Program-made: the position numbers and the translations under genes
The notes under the pieces: generated by a model
Seen by the model: the letters and a program-made list of their open reading frames with translations, nothing else
Told to the model about the DNA's origin: nothing
Database searches by the model: none
Assembly (NCBI GenBank): GCA_963791435.1
Contig: CAWBSL010000003.1
Span: forward strand, 421,035 to 485,034
From: Candidatus Dormiibacterota bacterium
Lineage (GTDB): Bacteria > Chloroflexota > Dormibacteria > Aeolococcales > Aeolococcaceae
DNA: 64,000 bases
Reading direction: 5' to 3'
Shown: positions 63,366 to 64,000 of the stretch, one piece after another
Position numbering within the stretch: the stretch's first letter is position 1
Layout of the letters: each line of letters starts with the position of its first letter

Positions 63366-64000
63366 TCAGGTCCCGGAGACGACGTTCGGAGCGGTGGGGC
63401 GCGGTGCGCGCCGGCGGGGCAGCGCGATGATCCGGGCCCTGCCCGGGCTCGGAGTTGCACTCACGGAGCGGTCCCTGCCCTCGTGCTTTGCGGAGTACAT
63501 GGCGCGGTCGGCCGCACCCAGCAACTGATCCAGGGTGGCCCCGTGGGCGGGGTACGTCGCGATGCCGATGGAAGCGGTCAGGCCCTCGAGGATGCCGCCT
63601 TCCGGCATGACGACGTCGCGAACCGCGAGCCGGACCGCTTCGGCCGCGACCCAGGCGCCTTCGGCGGAGCACTCGTTGAGGAGCACGACGAATTCCTCGC
63701 CGCCGAGCCGCACCACAGCATCGGCGCCGCGCACGGTCGTGCGCAGCTGCGCCGCGACGCGCTGGAGCACGACGTCACCGATTGCGTGCCCGCTGCTGTC
63801 GTTGACGGCCTTGAAGTGATCGAGGTCGACGAGCAGCAATGACAGCGGTTTGTTGTCGCGTGCCGCACGGGCAATATCGCGTTCGCCGGCGTCTCGCAGC
63901 CATCTGCTGTTGTAGAGACCGGTGAGTGGGTCGGTCATGGCGGCGTTGACCAGATCGCCATAGAGCTGCGCGTTGCGCCAGGCCGACGCGGCCACGTGCG
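63366..64000 (-). CDS. GGDEF diguanylate cyclase (C-terminal part; 5' end outside the window)
   Basis: DPLTGLYNSRW, RGAD-x5-GGEEF (I-site plus active A-site), SIGIATYP. The ORF is open to the window edge. Confidence 0.85.
   Translation of the reverse strand, partial: HVAASAWRNAQLYGDLVNAAMTDPLTGLYNSRWLRDAGERDIARAARDNKPLSLLLVDLDHFKAVNDSSGHAIGDVVLQRVAAQLRTTVRGADAVVRLGGEEFVVLLNECSAEGAWVAAEAVRLAVRDVVMPEGGILEGLTASIGIATYPAHGATLDQLLGAADRAMYSAKHEGRDRSVSATPSPGRARIIALPRRRAPRPTAPNVVSGT

Noticed and set aside
1-64000. Search for rRNA, tRNA, CRISPR arrays, insertion sequences, integrases, prophage or toxin-antitoxin/defence gene signatures.
   Set aside because: I found no cloverleaf-like or rRNA-like segments and no spaced direct-repeat arrays. 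None of the translated ORFs showed transposase, integrase, recombinase, nuclease-helicase or typical toxin motifs. The only repeats are the short regulatory ones reported above.

Overview
High-GC, gene-dense chromosomal segment that looks actinobacterial (my inference from the treY/treZ/glgX trehalose genes, a LigD polymerase domain and leaderless-type promoters). I found no rRNA, tRNA, CRISPR array, transposase, integrase or phage genes. From left to right the window holds: a fused ABC exporter (5' end off-window); an HTH/thioredoxin/membrane-protein operon; EamA, NUDIX and NRAMP genes; glgX divergent from treY-treZ. At about 13.9-25.4 kb lies a signalling island with three paralogous sets of an HspR-like MerR regulator, a stand-alone receiver protein and a soluble multi-GAF histidine kinase, plus several small or unknown proteins and a shared promoter-proximal DNA motif. 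This island is the best candidate for an undescribed system. It is followed by hemerythrin, an S9 peptidase, glutathione peroxidase, a secreted PLD-like lipoprotein, an S53 sedolisin, an SDR, a serine hydrolase, a long transketolase-like enzyme, an M20 amidohydrolase and an orphan LigD polymerase domain. Next come a PLP-decarboxylase/FGGY-kinase/MFS operon, agmatinase, HAD, a decayed peptide-binding-protein remnant, MocR, MarR-MFS, an acyl-CoA synthetase and EamA. From 53.8 kb to the window end there is a c-di-GMP/phosphorelay cluster (PAS-GGDEF*-EAL-REC, hybrid HK with HPt, GAF-GGDEF-EAL, GGDEF) interrupted by an ABC-2 exporter. At least seven conserved genes carry single-base frame disruptions, mostly in short G/C runs, so many ORF-track models are split or artificially fused. 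This looks more like assembly indel error than true decay, and it affects every gene model here. All functional calls rest on motifs I could read in the translations; no database search was run.
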